A DNA stretch of 64,000 nucleotides from Alphaproteobacteria bacterium (GTDB lineage: Bacteria; Pseudomonadota; Alphaproteobacteria; UBA9219): the NCBI GenBank assembly GCA_031291395.1, contig JARLJD010000115.1, positions 846 through 64,845 on the forward strand. The letters are read 5' to 3'. A model generated the notes under the pieces. It did not search any database and had not been told where the DNA came from. It was given only the letters and a program-made list of their open reading frames with translations. Of this stretch, positions 62,730-64,000 are shown piece after piece. The position numbers were made by a program, and so were the translations under genes. Position 1 is the first letter of the stretch, and every line of letters starts with the position of its first letter.

Positions 62730-63191
62730 ATGCCCCTACGCACCCAAATCACCGACGCGATGAAAAACGCCCTGCGCGCCAAAGACGAACGCACTCTCGC
62801 GACCACGCGCATGATCATCGCAAAGATGCGCGACCTCGACATAGCCGCGCGCCCGAAAGGCAATGCCGAGGGCATCGGCGACGATGAAATTATGGCAATG
62901 CTGCAAGGCATGATCAAACAGCGGCGCGAGTCGATCGCGCTCTACGAAAAAGGCAACCGCGCCGATCTGGTTCAACAGGAAAGCGAAGAAATCGCCGTGA
63001 TCGAACGCTTCCTGCCCCAACAAATGGATGAAGCCGCGATCTCTGCCGCCATCGACAAAATCATCGCCGCCACCGCCGCGAGCAGCATCAAGGATATGGG
63101 CAAAGTCATGGGCGAACTCAAAAAAGCCTATACCGGCCAAATGGATTTCGCCAAAGCCGGGGCGTTGGTGAAGGGGCGGCTGGCAGGATAA
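62730..63191 (+). CDS. GatB/YqeY-domain protein
   Basis: 153 aa; the pattern DAMKNALRAKDE...KQRRESIALYEKGNRADL... is typical of the YqeY family. Confidence 0.8.
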   Translation: MPLRTQITDAMKNALRAKDERTLATTRMIIAKMRDLDIAARPKGNAEGIGDDEIMAMLQGMIKQRRESIALYEKGNRADLVQQESEEIAVIERFLPQQMDEAAISAAIDKIIAATAASSIKDMGKVMGELKKAYTGQMDFAKAGALVKGRLAG

Positions 63192-63192
63192 T

Positions 63193-64000
63193 TTAGACGG
63201 GACAATATTGCTGCATCCACATCCTCACCGGCAACAAACAAGGCTCCCGTAAGACATGCGCCAGATGCAGTCGGATCCGCGGCAAGAAAACGAGTTTCTC
63301 CCGCCGCCCCGTGCGCAGCACCAATCGCGTAATAATCCCCAGAATCCGCGTATGCCGCTGCGCCGATAAAATAACGCAAGCGCGCAAGAGATCATCTTGG
63401 GACAACGGGCTTTCGGCGACGCTGCGGTAATGCGCGACAACCTCCGGCAACAACGCAAACCCGCCGTCGCGCCGAACCTCCTCGCACAACGAGGCAAGGT
63501 CGTAAGCGACAGCCCCGATCCCCGCATCCTGAAAATCCAGCACGCCCAGATTCCCGTCCGGCAAATCCATTAAATTGTCGGGCATAAAATCGCGCAACAA
63601 CAGGCTTTGCGGCAATTTTTCAATCCCGCGCATCACCGCCCGCCACGCCGCGCGAAAATCAATCCGCTCCCCCTCCGTCGCATCGCGCTGCAACGCAAAG
63701 GGAATATAGGCATCGAGAAAAAGCTCGGCCTGCGTCGTGAAAAGTTCGGCGTTATAACAAGGAAAATCCAGCCCCGCGGCATCCCGCCCGTCAAACCGCC
63801 GATGCAACTGCGCCAGAATTTCGGCGGCACGCAGAAAATAAGGCTTGGCCTCCTCTCCCGCATCGATCGCGGCTCCGACATTGCGCGCGCCGAAATCCTG
63901 CAGCAAAAGCAGCCCCCGCGCGGCATCTTGCGCATATATCTCCGGCGCTTCGATGCCAGCCCGTTGCAGAATTTTCGCCACAGCGACAAAGCGCGGCGTG
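63193..64000 (-). CDS. aminoglycoside-phosphotransferase-family kinase (AmgK-like), N-terminus beyond the window
   Basis: APH-fold motifs (LLLQDFG, ...DFQDAG) in the minus-strand translation. The ORF runs off the right edge of the window. Confidence 0.6.
   Translation of the reverse strand, partial: TPRFVAVAKILQRAGIEAPEIYAQDAARGLLLLQDFGARNVGAAIDAGEEAKPYFLRAAEILAQLHRRFDGRDAAGLDFPCYNAELFTTQAELFLDAYIPFALQRDATEGERIDFRAAWRAVMRGIEKLPQSLLLRDFMPDNLMDLPDGNLGVLDFQDAGIGAVAYDLASLCEEVRRDGGFALLPEVVAHYRSVAESPLSQDDLLRACVILSAQRHTRILGIITRLVLRTGRREKLVFLPRIRLHLAHVLREPCLLPVRMWMQQYCPV

Overview
This window is a high-GC alphaproteobacterial chromosomal segment with a housekeeping backbone interrupted by several short lower-GC islets. 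Lineage cannot be fixed from sequence alone. GC content was judged by eye, not computed.

Backbone, in order:
- adenosine-kinase-like PfkB kinase, two paralogous DxD glycosyltransferases and a GT4 glycosyltransferase
- an RNase D-like exonuclease and a BrnT/BrnA toxin-antitoxin pair
- lptC-lptA-lptB
- tRNA-Leu(GAG), the H+-pyrophosphatase HppA, rpmB, an AcpXL-type ACP next to lpxD, acpS, an ICMT-family methyltransferase, a ParD/ParE pair, truB
- purA, typA/bipA, dnaG, addA-addB, a MurU-like nucleotidyltransferase, a DUF1013 protein, rppH, a YibQ-like polysaccharide deacetylase
- motA-motB, a parvulin-type PPIase, an orphan chvI-like response regulator, a LysE-family exporter, folK, hda, an AI-2E transporter, bactofilin, clpB
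- a fliL-like gene, rpiA, a thioredoxin/YbbN-like gene with a LON-N-domain gene, a flagellar fliL-fliM cluster, a HAD hydrolase, pgk, a yifB/comM-like ATPase, a GatB/YqeY protein and a partial AmgK-like kinase

Three unrelated families of palindromic repeats are scattered through the window. The family-1 elements are inserted in-frame into addA and addB.

Candidates for novelty:
- (a) a ~2.5 kb low-GC islet beside tRNA-Leu carrying a tightly coupled three-gene operon of unknown proteins. It replaces the rpoN position usually found after lptB.
- (b) a low-GC islet carrying a truncated class-I (LysRS-I/TrpRS-like) aminoacyl-tRNA-synthetase paralogue that lacks an anticodon-binding domain.
- (c) a rearranged brnTA/lptC junction. 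Partial brnA and lptC duplicates flank a foreign ORF.
- (d) several single-gene low-GC orphans.
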